Shown here: piece by piece, positions 13,207 to 25,329 of the stretch | How positions within the stretch are numbered: the first letter of the stretch is position 1 | How the letters are laid out: each line of letters opens with the position of its first letter | NCBI RefSeq assembly: GCF_006345805.1 | Contig: NC_043000.1 | Span: 67,332,001 to 67,396,000 of the forward strand | From: Octopus sinensis | Lineage: Eukaryota | Direction: 5' to 3' | Length of the DNA stretch: 64,000 nucleotides | Made by a program: the position numbers and the translations under genes | The notes under the pieces: model-generated | What the model was told of the DNA's origin: nothing | The model's input: the letters and a program-made list of their open reading frames with translations, nothing else | Databases searched by the model: none

Positions 13207-13276
13207 TTTGTGCCTGATGAATATGTTTGAGGTATTTCTCAACATATGTTCTCAAAATATGTGCTATTAGTAGCTC
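13207..13276 (+). ncRNA. Degenerate inverted copy of the 12981 hammerhead (GAAA replaced by GTG)
   Basis: tttgtgc CTGATGA atatgtttgag...ctcaaaatat gtg ctattagt a gctc. It belongs to the inverted repeat 13001-13078 / 13180-13248. Confidence 0.6.
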
Positions 13277-14339
13277 ATAAAAACATGTATCGTATCTATT
13301 AAATAATATCTCTCACCAGATGGAGTACTTTTTTGTTGATCTTACTATCACGGAATAGTATATTTTATATATATATACACACCCCACACACATACACATG
13401 CATACATGAGAGAGAGAGAGAGAGTTGATCAGTTGTTTGTTGTTTAGCATCAAATTTACGCCGATCAAGACTTATGACCAAAAGTATTCAAGTTGTGATC
13501 ATCTACTCCTTCTTTTCTCAGCAATAGCATATCAAAAACTACATTATACATAGTTTGATTTTTAAGACTGTAAGGTGTATAGTTTGAAGATTTGGCCGTT
13601 ACTACTAGAAGCATATATGACCTCGTAGTAAGTTCTACTTTGGTTTGTGAGGAACCAGTTGTCATTGAAAGAGACTACTGAATACGGGGAGAGTGAGGCG
13701 GAAATGAGAACCATCTTTGTCTGAATAAATGATTATGTAGTCAGGACTTTTATTAAAGGCATTCCGTCCATATTCAAGCTGCCTTTTGTCTGTCTAGGTA
13801 ATGTTTTGTCGAAGATTTAGGAAATAAGTCATCTCGTCTTTTCTTTGGGAATTATATGTTACCAGGCTTCGATTATAAAAGCAGTATTTGAGTCAGTCCC
13901 AAAGATAGCGATATTGCTCGATGGGGTGTTAAATATACAAGACGTTGTTGAACTTACTTCGTTGTCTGCCATGTGTCGGAATTGCTTAGTAAAATAAAAA
14001 ATAGGGAAATATTTTTTGCATTCAGAGGTCTGTATTGTACTCCTTCTCTATTGAGTACGCTTAATACGCTTCCTCAGTCAACAAATGATGAGGAATCTTT
14101 CGCTATTCTGTCTTGTTTTCTTAATAGAAATTTATGTATGCCGTGATTCAAACTTAATTTTGAATTCATTACCGAGCACTTGCAATGGAAAATGCTTCAT
14201 TTAGATAAGTTAAGACAACTATTGAGAAGCACACGTTTCTCACTTCTACACACATATATATAGACACATGCGCATGCATACAGAAGCACAGTTAGTGTAA
14301 TTTTGATCGCAACAGTTATACTTCTGTTTCACTTTTCAG

Positions 14340-14394
14340 ATGTTCACCATGACAATAGTTGGTGGAAGAGCTGGACATATTTTATCGTATTACG
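14340..14394 (+). CDS. Candidate 55-bp internal exon of an unidentified host gene
   Basis: Acceptor ttctgtttcacttttcag| and donor ACG|gtgagt. Two frames are open: (D)VHHDNSWWKSWTYFIVL(R) and MFTMTIVGGRAGHILSYY. It lies in sequence with no recognisable repeat. Confidence 0.45.
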
Positions 14395-15479
14395 GTGAGT
14401 AGGAAGGAGGAGGAGGAAGATAAATGGTAAGCTCATTGTTTGTGTGGTTTACTTTTTTAAAGCAAACATCCCTTAAAGAAACTAGAAATTCTCTTGGCTG
14501 TTTGAGTTTTAGGGCAAGAACTATTATTCATCTTACGGTTGATAATAAACATATTTGCATTGTCGTTGTCAAAAAAAAAAAATATATATATTTCTGTACT
14601 GCTCCCCAAATATTTACCAACAATAGAAAATCGAAAACTAATTTGGAATATAATTTTACGTTTCAAAAAATATGTAGCATACTTTAATCTATCAATTTTT
14701 GAAGTTCAATTTTAAATTTTAGCTTGTAATAAACCTCGTTTATTTAAATGTATTTTTAGTTTTACTTCAAATACTTTATTTTCACTTTTAATTCTAATAC
14801 TTCATATCACGAGGTGAAGGTTTTCTGATTACCTTCCTTCTGGGATATCTTTATTAATTTTATCTTTTATTAATATTAATGTATACATTGGTTGTAAAAA
14901 AATATTTTAAAGAGGTTATGTTTTATGAGAAGTGTAGTGTAATAGTTAATCATATATCATTCACTGACTGTTCACCATATGTGTTAGGTTGCATGTGTAC
15001 ATAATGATCACTCTATCGTTATATTTACAAATGTACATCCAATAAATTATGGAACAACGTTCAATGAACATAACAGTTAGGAATCTTTTTGCACATAATT
15101 TATTGGATAATATTATTAAAGTAGAGCAAGGAGTTAAATCATGGCAAGTGATTAATGAACATTGCTGGATACTACATGTTAACGTTGGTACCTTTTTTCG
15201 AGACATGTTATGTAAGAAAACTGAAAGTGGGGGGAAAGTAACATAGATTCCCTTAGACGGCCTAGCGGATCACTGGCCTATGGTCGAATTTTTTATAGCT
15301 GTAAGTCAGCTTCTAGAATCTTCGGTCGAACTGTTTGGATGAAAAACTCGCTGTGTTATTTTGAGGCTTTGCTGTGTCCTTTAACCCCAAAGGAAGTCTA
15401 ACTCCTCCGCAATTGTCGACTGTTTATAACTACCTGTTTTGAGCTTTCAACAATAAGACAAGAAAATTTCATAAGATAT

Positions 15480-16140
15480 CAGCATCCAGAAATTTTTAAA
15501 ATATAAAATATATGGAGAGTTAGGGCTTCGAACGAACAAACGACACGAGAGTGAACGTACATAGTAAACAAACGACGAAGATAGACATTAAGGGCTGAAT
15601 TGTAATGGGTAACGCATGGGAGAAATTTTGAAAGGATATAGAATAAATAGAAGAGAAAAAAAATAGAAGAAAAGAAAAAATATCGAGGGCGAGAGAAATT
15701 ACGTCCAGCTGGCTGGACGTCCAATCCCAAAAGAGACAGAAAGATAGGGAAAATGGCTTGTAGTCATGTGTGATCAACAGGCAGAGGGGAAGGGGGACAA
15801 GAGAGAGAAGAAAGGAAAGAAGCGAAGGGCGTGAGGAGAAGGGAGAAGCAAAGAAAGATAGACGGAGACAACAAAGAAGGAGGTAAGAAAAAGAATTATA
15901 GAGGGATAGAGAGAAAGAAAGAAAATAGACAGAGAATAGAATGCGGAGTCTCAGAAATTATATATAAAAGTAAAAACTTACTGTTGACAGAGGCTGCATG
16001 GCGTTCAATTATAAATAACTAAAAACACACATTAAGTGCAGGTCATCACAAGCGAGCGAAAAATACGTAAATATATAGAGATAAGTACAGGACAAAATAC
16101 CAAAGGAAGTTTAATTCCTCCTCAGTTGTTGACTGTTTAT
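15480..16140 (-). mobile_element. PLE-type terminal (pseudo-LTR) sequence next to (TA)n
   Basis: The reverse complement resembles 42160-42720 (tctgtcaacagtaagttttt / tctgttaacagtaagttttt; gcgttaccca). It carries a half-hammerhead CTGAGGA-ggaa/ttcc at ~16095-16120. Confidence 0.45.
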
Positions 16141-16160
16141 TACTACATACATACATACAT

Positions 16161-16261
<101 letters not shown>

Positions 16262-16413
16262 GGTATGTAGAAAAATACAACATGGACAAGAACGTATAAC
16301 TCTTAGAAGACGATACAATAAACACGGACAGGACATTCGAAACCCTCAGTCTTCAGTCAAGAACCGGATCATCGTAGTAATTTCGGCTGATTATGTATAT
16401 ATATATATGTATG

Positions 16414-16449
<36 letters not shown>

Positions 16450-16452
<3 letters not shown>

Positions 16453-17314
16453 GGTGTTTCAAAAAATTTGATATTTCGCAATATTTTGCCAGTTCTTGTT
16501 CAAATGACTTCAAATTTTAACAGCATGTGTAAAAACAGGTCAGAATTCTATATTTAATGTTCGATATGTTTATCTTTTCAGGTATAGAAATGGCATTCAC
16601 TGGAATAGAGAAGGCCTTTTGTGTGTTGGAGTATGCTCAAATACAGTCGAACAAGACTGTGCAGTGTGCATTTGTGAGAAAGTTCTCTAAAAAGTCATCA
16701 ACGCCAATGCAGATTTGGACATTGCACAAAAATTTCAGAGAGGAAGGCTATCTGTGCAGGGCAAAAGGATTTGGACAACCACTAACATCGGAAGAGACGG
16801 TCGAGCGGGTTCGCCAAAACCTCTTGCGAAGCCCTAAGAAGTCCATAAGATCAAGTCTGGAAACACAGATTCCTCCACCGACAGTTTGGTGCATCCTGAG
16901 GAAACGCTTGCTAATGAAACCTTACAAGTTGCAGCTTGTTCAGGCCATAACAGCAGATGACAAGCGAATGCACAAACATGGGGCTATGTGAAGGGTCTGG
17001 TCCCCACCTCTTCCTGCAAACCTAGAGGAACTCGAGCAGAATATCACTACCGCACTGGAGACTGTTACACAAGACATGCTGCAGCGTGTTTGGGAGGAGC
17101 TACACTACCGACTTGATGTGTGCTGTGTCTCAGGTAGTGCGCATATTGAACATTTGTGAAATCGTTCATGGAATCCACATACCTTTGAATTTCTCATTCA
17201 AATTTGGAGGGATAAATCTTATGTTGCTCAACATTAAGCCTGTTTAGTTTCATTTGCTTTGATTATGTTATTTCTATGATATTTACATTTCAAATGATAT
17301 CAAATGAAACATCC

Positions 17315-17316
<2 letters not shown>
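16450..17316 (+). mobile_element. Internally deleted Tc1/mariner-superfamily element
   Basis: TIRs agggtgtttcaaaa..tttgatat / atatcaaatgaaacatcctg sit in (TA)n. The N-terminal HTH (EKAFCVLEYA...LRSPKKSIR...MKPYKLQLVQA) is joined directly to the C-terminus (WGYVK...EELEQ...RLDVC...AHIEHL*), so the catalytic core is missing. Confidence 0.88.
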
Positions 17317-17366
<50 letters not shown>

Positions 17367-17376
17367 ATATATATAC

Positions 17377-17565
17377 GAGTAAGCACATAAATACAAAACA
17401 AAATGGAAAAACTAGTACTCGAAGACCGAAGGTAGAGTAATGTGATTTACTATTAAAGCTGCAAAAGCATCACAAAAACTGCTACTCAGAGTTTCTCGTT
17501 TGTCGGGTTATTCTTGATCACAACTGCCAGATGAACGGGAACGTGAAACTCTGAGTAGCAGACTG
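17377..17565. mobile_element. Short non-coding hammerhead-bearing element (family H2) after (TA)n
   Basis: Same family as 28098 and 40490. The plus-strand motif ctgc CAGATGA acg-ggaa-cgt GAAA ctctgagt a gcag is at 17524-17561, with a truncated inverted copy at ~17477-17507. Confidence 0.75.
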
Positions 17566-18206
17566 AAACAAGTAAAATAATGAAAGAAGATATATATATA
17601 TATATATATATTATAAAATGGAATATGTACTTTAAAAGAATGTGTAAAACAAGTTAAGCGAATCCTAATTTAAAGTAAACTATTTTATATTTTTTAGCTA
17701 TATCTTATATTTTATATTTTTTCATATTCAATATCTTATTTTCATATTTTAAATGTATATTCTTATCTATATATCTATATTATTCTTATTTCTGCATCAT
17801 TATATGTTATTTTAGCAATTTCAAATATGATTCTGATAACGTGGGTGTGTGCAGAATAATTTACACGAATAAGTTCTATCATTCGTGTTTTGTTAAATGC
17901 ATATTCGTTTTTAGTTTTGAGATATGAATGAAAGAATATATTGAAACAAAAACATGTATTTAATGTACATAATGGTGTAATTGTGAAACTGTTATTAGAA
18001 TAAGAAATGAGTAAAACTGTTTCTAATATTGAGTAATATTAGAACAAACATTTCAGTTTGTTCTTTTATAACTTTGTTTTTACATTATATATATTTTGTC
18101 TTTCAATTATTTCAGGTATTAGACTGCGGCCATTCTGGAACACCACTTGACGGGATTTTTTCGATTAATCCCTTCAAACACAAAGACACAAACACATACA
18201 TACACG

Positions 18207-18375
18207 CGCAGGCGTGGCTGTGTGGTAAGGAGCTTGTTTTCCAACCACATAGTTTCGGGTTCAGTCCCACGGCATGTCCCCTTGGGCAAGTGTCTTCTAC
18301 TATAGCTTCGAATCGGCCAAAGCATTTTGAGTGGATTTGGTAGACGGAAACTGAAAGAAGCCTGTCGTGCATATG

Positions 18376-18456
<81 letters not shown>

Positions 18457-18695
18457 GGGAGGACAAACACAGAGACACAAACTCATATATATATATGAGT
18501 TTGTGTCTCTGTGTTTGTCCTCCCAACCATCGCTTGATTGACAACCGATGTTGGTATGTTTAAGTCCCCGCAACCTATCGGTTTGGCAAAGGAGAATGAC
18601 AGAATAAGTACTATGCTTACACAGAATAAGTCCTGGGGCCGATTTGTTCGATTAAAATCCAGCACGGCCGCAGTCAAATGACTGAAAGAATAAAA
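18207..18695 (+). mobile_element. tRNA-derived CORE-like SINE with expanded (TA)n and a 68-bp palindrome
   Basis: Same family as 7149. 18457-18524 is a perfect palindrome centred on tata. Confidence 0.85.
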
Positions 18696-18896
18696 TATGT
18701 ATATGTGGGGAGGGGAAACCTCGCGTGACCCTACCTGAGATTCGAAACTGAATCTGTAAATTCTCCTTAGCCATTCGCCCTATTGTTCTGTCAAGGAGGA
18801 ACGCAGATCTATGTGTTTTCCACTTGACTCTTAACCTTTTCTATGCCATGAAAAGTGTAAATAGATAATGAGTGACCTACATTAATTTAACCATTG

Positions 18897-20146
18897 TTAG
18901 AACCGTATATCCATTTTCCAAGCCAGTCTGCACAATTATAAATACTAGAATTCCATAATGAAAAATCAATGGGTGAGATCGACCAACAGAGAGCAGGACG
19001 ACAGGACAGCTATGGAATCCATCAGCGATACAATTTTCTTGTCCAACATTCTCTTACCCTTCTTACCCACTTTCGTTTCAACAACAACACTCAATCAATT
19101 TAGTTACTGCTGCTACAACGACAAGGAACATAGAAATTTCTAGGTTCAACATATCTACTCTTTTACAAGAAAATATAACTCTCGTTACTTCATAGGCTTT
19201 CTGACTGTTTTTATACACGCCTGCCCGTCGTGATTTGGCTTAAATTATATGTAATGGTGAAATGAATATGTTATCTACAACTTTGGCCTCTGTCTTTCTT
19301 TCCTGGAGTCAAGTATCAACATTAATCATTTTCGCCTTACAACATATGCATTATACCTTACATTGTGGTGACCCCGACATGATAATACATTAGCCGCTAC
19401 AATTGGTGACCCCGAGCTAAAGAATTGCTACCTTCGCTTGAACACTTGCTGCATCGCACTACTTCGTGAAAGTAATTACGGCCTTCACCAAATGCGGTCA
19501 CATCGAAGACAATTTTCACGACACACAGCTTACGCTTCTGCTGTCGTACAACACAAAGGAAAAGAACTCACCGATACAATGGAAATCCGCAACTTGATTT
19601 CGACCTGCTGGAAAATGCACTAAACTGCAACGCACTCCACTATGATGCACAGAACCACTAAGGAATTCGCTGACCATGGAAGCCCATAAACGCAACATTT
19701 CGACAGCCATCTGCCCCAAAACTACCTGAACGGTATATCCCATTTCCTTAGCTAGTGAGCACAATTATTAATACTAGAATTCCGTAATGAAAAACCAGTG
19801 GGTGAGAGCGAACGACGGAGAGCAGGCCGACCGACACGAAATACCGTCTCGATAGAACGTCATAGGATAGCTATGGACTCCACCAGCTATAGAGCAGACT
19901 TGTCCACCACTCTCTTACATCTTTTACTCACTCACTTTCGTTTCAACTGCATCGCTTAATCAGTTTAGTTACTGCTGCTACATCGACCGGGATTATGTAA
20001 GTTCAACACTATCTAGCGGTTTATAAGAAAATATAACTCTCGTACTTCGTATGTTTTCTGGCTGGTTGGCTTAAATTATATGTAATGGTGAAAAAAATAT
20101 GTTATATACAACTTCGGCCACTGTCATTCTTCCCAGGAGTCAGCAT

Positions 20147-20150
<4 letters not shown>
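18897..20150 (+). mobile_element. Decayed Gypsy-type LTR-retrotransposon remnant: diverged ~420-bp direct repeats with a tRNA-Trp-type PBS
   Basis: 18897-19320 aligns with 19728-20150. TGGTGACCCCGA occurs at 19366-19378 and 19404-19415, the second preceded by ccgctaca (LTR-end-like). Confidence 0.55.
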
Positions 20151-20202
<52 letters not shown>

Positions 20203-20265
20203 GTATATATATGTATGTATGTATGTATATATATGTATGTATGTATATATATGTATGTATGTATG

Positions 20266-20298
<33 letters not shown>

Positions 20299-20409
20299 AT
20301 ATATATATGTATGTATGTATGTATATATATATATATAGAGAGAGAGAGAGTGAGAGAGAGAGTGAGAGAGAGAGATAGATAGATAAATAGTAAATCCCAA
20401 AAAGAACAA

Positions 20410-21440
20410 ACACAAAAGCACAACATCACGAGGACGTGGTACATATAAAGTATTAGCAGACGCTCAGCGAAGGAAAGAAAGATGGTTTAAAGTTTCGAGC
20501 AGACGCTCTTCTTCGGAAACAGAGGAAAGTCCAATAGAAAGGAATGGGTGAATAAAAAGCTCTTTCTAAGACAGGAGAGTGTAAGAGAAGGAGGTGTGAA
20601 TGTGTATGTATGGGTGTGTGTGTGCGCAGAAGTCTGTGTGTGTGTAATAGTACGTATGTGTGTATAGCAGCACGTGTGCGTATGTGTGTGGAGTGTGTGA
20701 TTTTGTCAGTTTATATGTGTATGTACGTGTGTGCGTGTATGGAATGTTGTGCATGCGTCTGTGTGCGTGTGTGTATGTGTGTGTGCGTGAGTGTAGGTGT
20801 GCGTAGGTGGGGTTGTGTGTGTGTGGAGTACATGTACGTTCCTCTGTGTGTGTACGTGTGCTTGCGTGCGTGTGTATATGCCCGTGTATGTGTAATTGTG
20901 TGCGTGTATGCATGAGTGTGTTTTGTGTGTGTGGGAGGTTTGTGTGAGTTCATATGCGTGTGCATGTATGTGTATGTGTGTGAACGAGGAGTTGTGTGCG
21001 GAGGTATATGTGCGTTTTTGCGCGTGCGTGTGTGTATGTACGTGTAGTTATGTGTGCGTGTATGTGTGCCTGTGTGTGTATATGTAGATGTATGCATGTG
21101 TGTGTAGGGGTGTATGTGCGCGAGTGTATATTTATGTGTGCGTGTATGTATATGTTGTGTATGTGTGTATATATGTGTGTATGTACGTGTGTATATGTGT
21201 GTGAGCGTCGGGTTGTGTGTGTGGAGTATATGAGCGTTCCTGTGTGTGTGCGCGTGCGTGCTTGTGTGTGCGTGTGTATATGCCCATGTTTGTGTAATTG
21301 TGTGCGTGTCTGTATGAGTGTGTGTGGGAGGTATCTGCGCATACATGTGTATGTGCGCGTGTGTATGTGTGTGCGTATTTATATATGTGTGTGTGTGCGT
21401 GTGTATTTGTGTGTGTGGAGGTATATGTGCGTTTATTTTT
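20410..21440 (-). mobile_element. PLE-type pseudo-LTR with a minimal hammerhead and a long GT-rich tract
   Basis: The minus-strand motif gttt CCGAAGA a gagc-gtct-gctc GAAA ctt t aaac is at 20485-20520. The GT tract has a ~100-bp block repeated at ~20810 and ~21210. Homologous to 22330-23230. Confidence 0.6.
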
Positions 21441-21479
21441 CGTGTATCCAGAAGATAGTCGGCACTACTTCCCATGTAG

Positions 21480-22303
21480 AAATATGACTTCCTCCCTTGA
21501 AGAACTGAAGAGCAAGGTCTTTTCAAACATTGCCGCAACCTACAAAAGTGGCTATGTTAAAAGAACAATTCTGGCCCAAGGAATGATGTTGTAGACAAGC
21601 TGAGTCTAAATTTGTCGTCTCAGCTTCCTGGAACTGAATGTTCAGACAGATCAATTGACTCTGTCTCTGATCAAGAACAAGCAACACATTACCCAGTGGA
21701 GTTCTACCATTCACTTCAACCGCCAGGATTTCCGCCACACATTCTGATCATGAAAACAAGTGCTCCCATAATGTTGTTAAGAAACCTTGATACACCTAGA
21801 CTCTGCAAATGAACAAGGCTGGTTGTTAAAACAGCCATTCCCCATGTGTTGGAAGCAACAATAATTACAGGCAACATGACGTGTGAGAATGTTTTCATTC
21901 CAAAAATCCCTCTCATCTCAAATGAGCTCCCCTTTCAGTTCAAGAGACTGCAGATTCAGACTGAGCTTTGCAATGTCTATCAACAAAGCACAAGATCAAT
22001 TTCTGAAGGTGGTGGGACTTAACCTCCTTCAACCATGCTTCTCACATGGTCAGATGTACATTGGATGTTCCTGAGTTGGTGAGGAAAATGACCTCTACAT
22101 TCTCAGTGATAAACATGACAAGGCAGAAAACAGTATATGAAGAAGCTCTTGCATGAATAGTATGCGCATGTAATGTACAGAAGTGTAAAACTATTGAGTG
22201 ATAAAAGTATTATTTTCTGAGGAATACACTAATCTTACACTACAAGCAAAGAGTACCGTGTTCAGGCTGAGTTTATAACCCGCGTGAAACCGGGTCCTTC
22301 TGC
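21480..22303 (+). mobile_element. Helitron 3' fragment (PIF1-type helicase C-terminus plus terminal hairpin)
   Basis: LPG..SIDSV..YPVEF..PPGFPPHIL..PIMLLRNL..RLC, FQFKRLQ, SINKAQ..LKVVGLNL..PCFSHGQMY. The 3' hairpin cccgcgtgaaaccggg is followed by tccttctgc. Confidence 0.9.
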
Positions 22304-22329
22304 GTGTATGTATGTATATAAATATATAT

Positions 22330-23230
22330 ATAAAGTTAATCCAAACAAAACAGCACAAAAAAACAGCAACGCGAGGACGTGGAACAAATAAAGTATTATT
22401 GTTTAACGTTTCGAGCGGAGCTCTTCGTCGGAAAGATCCCGAGAAGGGAAGACAGAGGAATAAAAATCGCCAGCGGTACTCACGAGGTCACATATTGAAA
22501 GACCGTAAGTAGAAAGGTGGAAGAATAATGTTTTTTAAAGACAGGAGAGTTTTCAAAGACAGTATGGTAAAGACAAGGAAAGTGAGAGGGGGAATGTGTG
22601 CGTGCGCGGGGTCTGCGTGTGTGTGTATGTATGCAATGATGACACGTGTGTGTGTGTGTATGTGTGTATGGCGAACAACTGGCTAGTAGCTGGCCAGTAT
22701 GTAAGAATAAGGAGTGGTGTTTTTTATGTCCAGCCACAGGTCAAAAACAAAGAGGTATGTGTGTGTGCGTGTATGTATATGTATCGTGTGTGTGTGTTTT
22801 GTTTGTAGTGTGTGTGTTCGTATGTGTATGCGTAGAGTTTGGGTGTGTGGCGAGTAACTGTGCTTAACTTAGTGTATGTGTGCTTGTACGTGCGTGTGTG
22901 TGTATATATATGTATGTATAATTGTGTGCCGTGTGTATGGGACGTATGTGTGGGTTCATTTGTGTGTGTGTGTATGTATGTGCGTGTAGTTGTGTGTGCG
23001 TTTGTATGTGTGTGCGTGGGCGTGTAGGTATATATTGTGCGTATGTATGTGTCGGTGTGTATGTGAATTTGTGTGTGTTTGTACGTGTGTATGTTTGTGT
23101 GCGTGTATTGTATATATATATGTAAATACGTGCGTGCGAGTGAATGTATATATATATATGTGCGTGTGTGTACAAATGTAGAGGTTTATATGTGTGTTTA
23201 TATGTGTATATATATATGTATGCAAGCACA
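22330..23230 (-). mobile_element. Second PLE-type pseudo-LTR with a minimal hammerhead and GT-rich tract
   Basis: The minus-strand motif ttt CCGACGA a gagc-tccg-ctc GAAA cgt t aaa is at 22401-22435. It shares gaggacgtgg..ataaagtatt with 20430. Confidence 0.6.
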
Positions 23231-23457
23231 CACTTTATAATTGAAAGATTGATGGAAAAAATCGGTTGAAAAAGGCAGAAGGATCCGGTTTCACTCGGAT
23301 TATGAACTCAGCCTGAACACGGAAGTCATATATATGTATATATATATGACTTCTTTCAGTTTTCGTGTACCAGATCCACTCACAAGGCATTTTTATGAAC
23401 ATATTTGCCGCAAAATATTTTAAGTATTGGCACACAAAAGAATAAAGTATTCATATG

Positions 23458-23858
23458 AACTACATACATACATACATACATACATACATACATACATACA
23501 TACATACATACATACATACATACATACATACATGTGTGTGTGTGTGTGTACACATATATATCGATACATACATAATTCACGTACAGGCACCCCACATACA
23601 CACACAAACAGCTGTGAAACAATACATATATGGCTGTGTGAATGCAAGCAATTTTTTATTCATTCCATCAGACCAAACATTAATTATATCTCCTTAATTA
23701 TATCTTCTAAAGAATGTTTAGGAAATTCTTAGCAAATGTAGCTTATAAAAATATTTCGTTAACTATTCTTTTAAGGGCAAAATTACACATGTATGTGTTA
23801 CATAAACACATTCACACGCACGCACATACATGCATATGCACATTCATATATTTATGTA

Positions 23859-23902
<44 letters not shown>

Positions 23903-23914
23903 AATATATATATA

Positions 23915-23999
<85 letters not shown>

Positions 24000-24000
24000 A
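23458..24000. repeat. Representative microsatellite block: (TACA)n, (TA)n, (TCTA)n
   Basis: Direct reading. Similar arrays at 16145-16257, 20150-20380, 26545-26735, 32408-32493, 40740-41035, 43345-43497, 47648-47798 and 48600-48692 generate most of the YIYI/MYVC/HTHT ORFs. Confidence 0.98.
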
Positions 24001-24052
24001 CACACGCACACACGCTCACACACACATAATTGTGTATGATTAAATCTATATA

Positions 24053-25329
24053 TTAGGTCGTCAAGTATGAAATTTGTAGAAAAGAGAAAAAGTTTGCCCA
24101 TGTTTTATAAATACAAGGAATAAATTGTTTTATTTATCAAAATATGCACCCATATTGTCAATACGCTTTTACCATTTCAGTGGTAGCTTGTCCAACTCGG
24201 ATCTGTAAAAGCCTGGCAATCTAGAGTCAATAAAATCTTGGAACGCCTGTTTTACAGCATCGTCGGAATTAAAATCTTTTTCCTATCAAAAGGTTATCCA
24301 AATTCTGGAAGAAGTAGTAATCAGTGAGGTAAGATCAGGTGAGTATGGTGGATGATGGAGAACTTCCAACTCCAACTCCTTTAGTTTCACCAGTGTCATT
24401 TTTGCGATGTGTAGTCTGGCGTTGTCTTGCAGTAAAATAGGAGTGGATCTCTTGACTAATCTAGGCTGTTTTTTTCTTTTGTAAATTTCTGCATCATTTG
24501 GTTCAGTTGGCTTCGGCCGTGATTGATGAGCTAGGTTTAATGAAATCATAATGGATCACATATGCGCCAGACCACTAAACATACACCATCAGCTTCTTTT
24601 GATGAATTTTGCTTTTTAGACTGTTTTGGTGGCTCGTCTTTGTCCAACCATTGTGCTGAGCGTTTACGGTTATTGTATTGGATCCATTTCTCATCACTTT
24701 TATAATTCGATTCCAAAATGATTCATTATTGTAACGAGGAAGTAGCATAGTGCAGGCTTCCAAACGTTGCTGTTTCTGATTTTCATTGAGTTCATGTGGA
24801 ACCCACTAATCAAACATTTTCACTTTACCGGTTTGAACTAGGTGAGTCAATATTGTTTGTTTGCTAATGCCAAACAACAACGATGATTCACGGGGACTTT
24901 GAGATGGATCTGACTCGACGGTGGCTTTCAGTCCGTTATTATCCATCTTTGTTTCTGGTCGACCGCGTTGCTTATTTGTGAGGTCAAAGTTACCAGAACG
25001 AAATTTTGCAAACCAATTTGACACTGTGTGTAATAACATTAGAAAGAAATACTCCATTAATATTCCGAGCTGTCTGTGATGCTGTATTTCCAAGAAAAAA
25101 CCCATATTTCAAAACTGTACGAATTTCCGATTTATCCATCTCTAAACAAAAATAGCAAAAAACGATTTATAAATACTTTATAAAGCGCAAAATGAGTTAG
25201 AATAAAGAAATAGATGTGTCAGCCTTCTAACAAAAAATAAAGATTGGTGAAATATAATACTGGCGCAAAATGAGCAACTGTCAAATTTTACCATATACCT
25301 TACTATAAATTTCATAATCGACGACCTAA
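24053..25329 (-). mobile_element. Full-length (1277 bp) mariner, transposase disrupted
   Basis: TIRs ttaggtcgtcaagtatgaaatt / aatttcataatcgacgacctaa with TA duplications at 24051-52 and 25330-31. Motifs WFAKFRSGNFDL..RGRP, DEKWI, LQDNAR and HPPYSPDL. Confidence 0.95.

Noticed and set aside
16325-16365. CTGAAGA...GAAT GTC hammerhead-like string on the minus strand
   Set aside because: It has GAAU instead of GAAA, and I could not form stem I.
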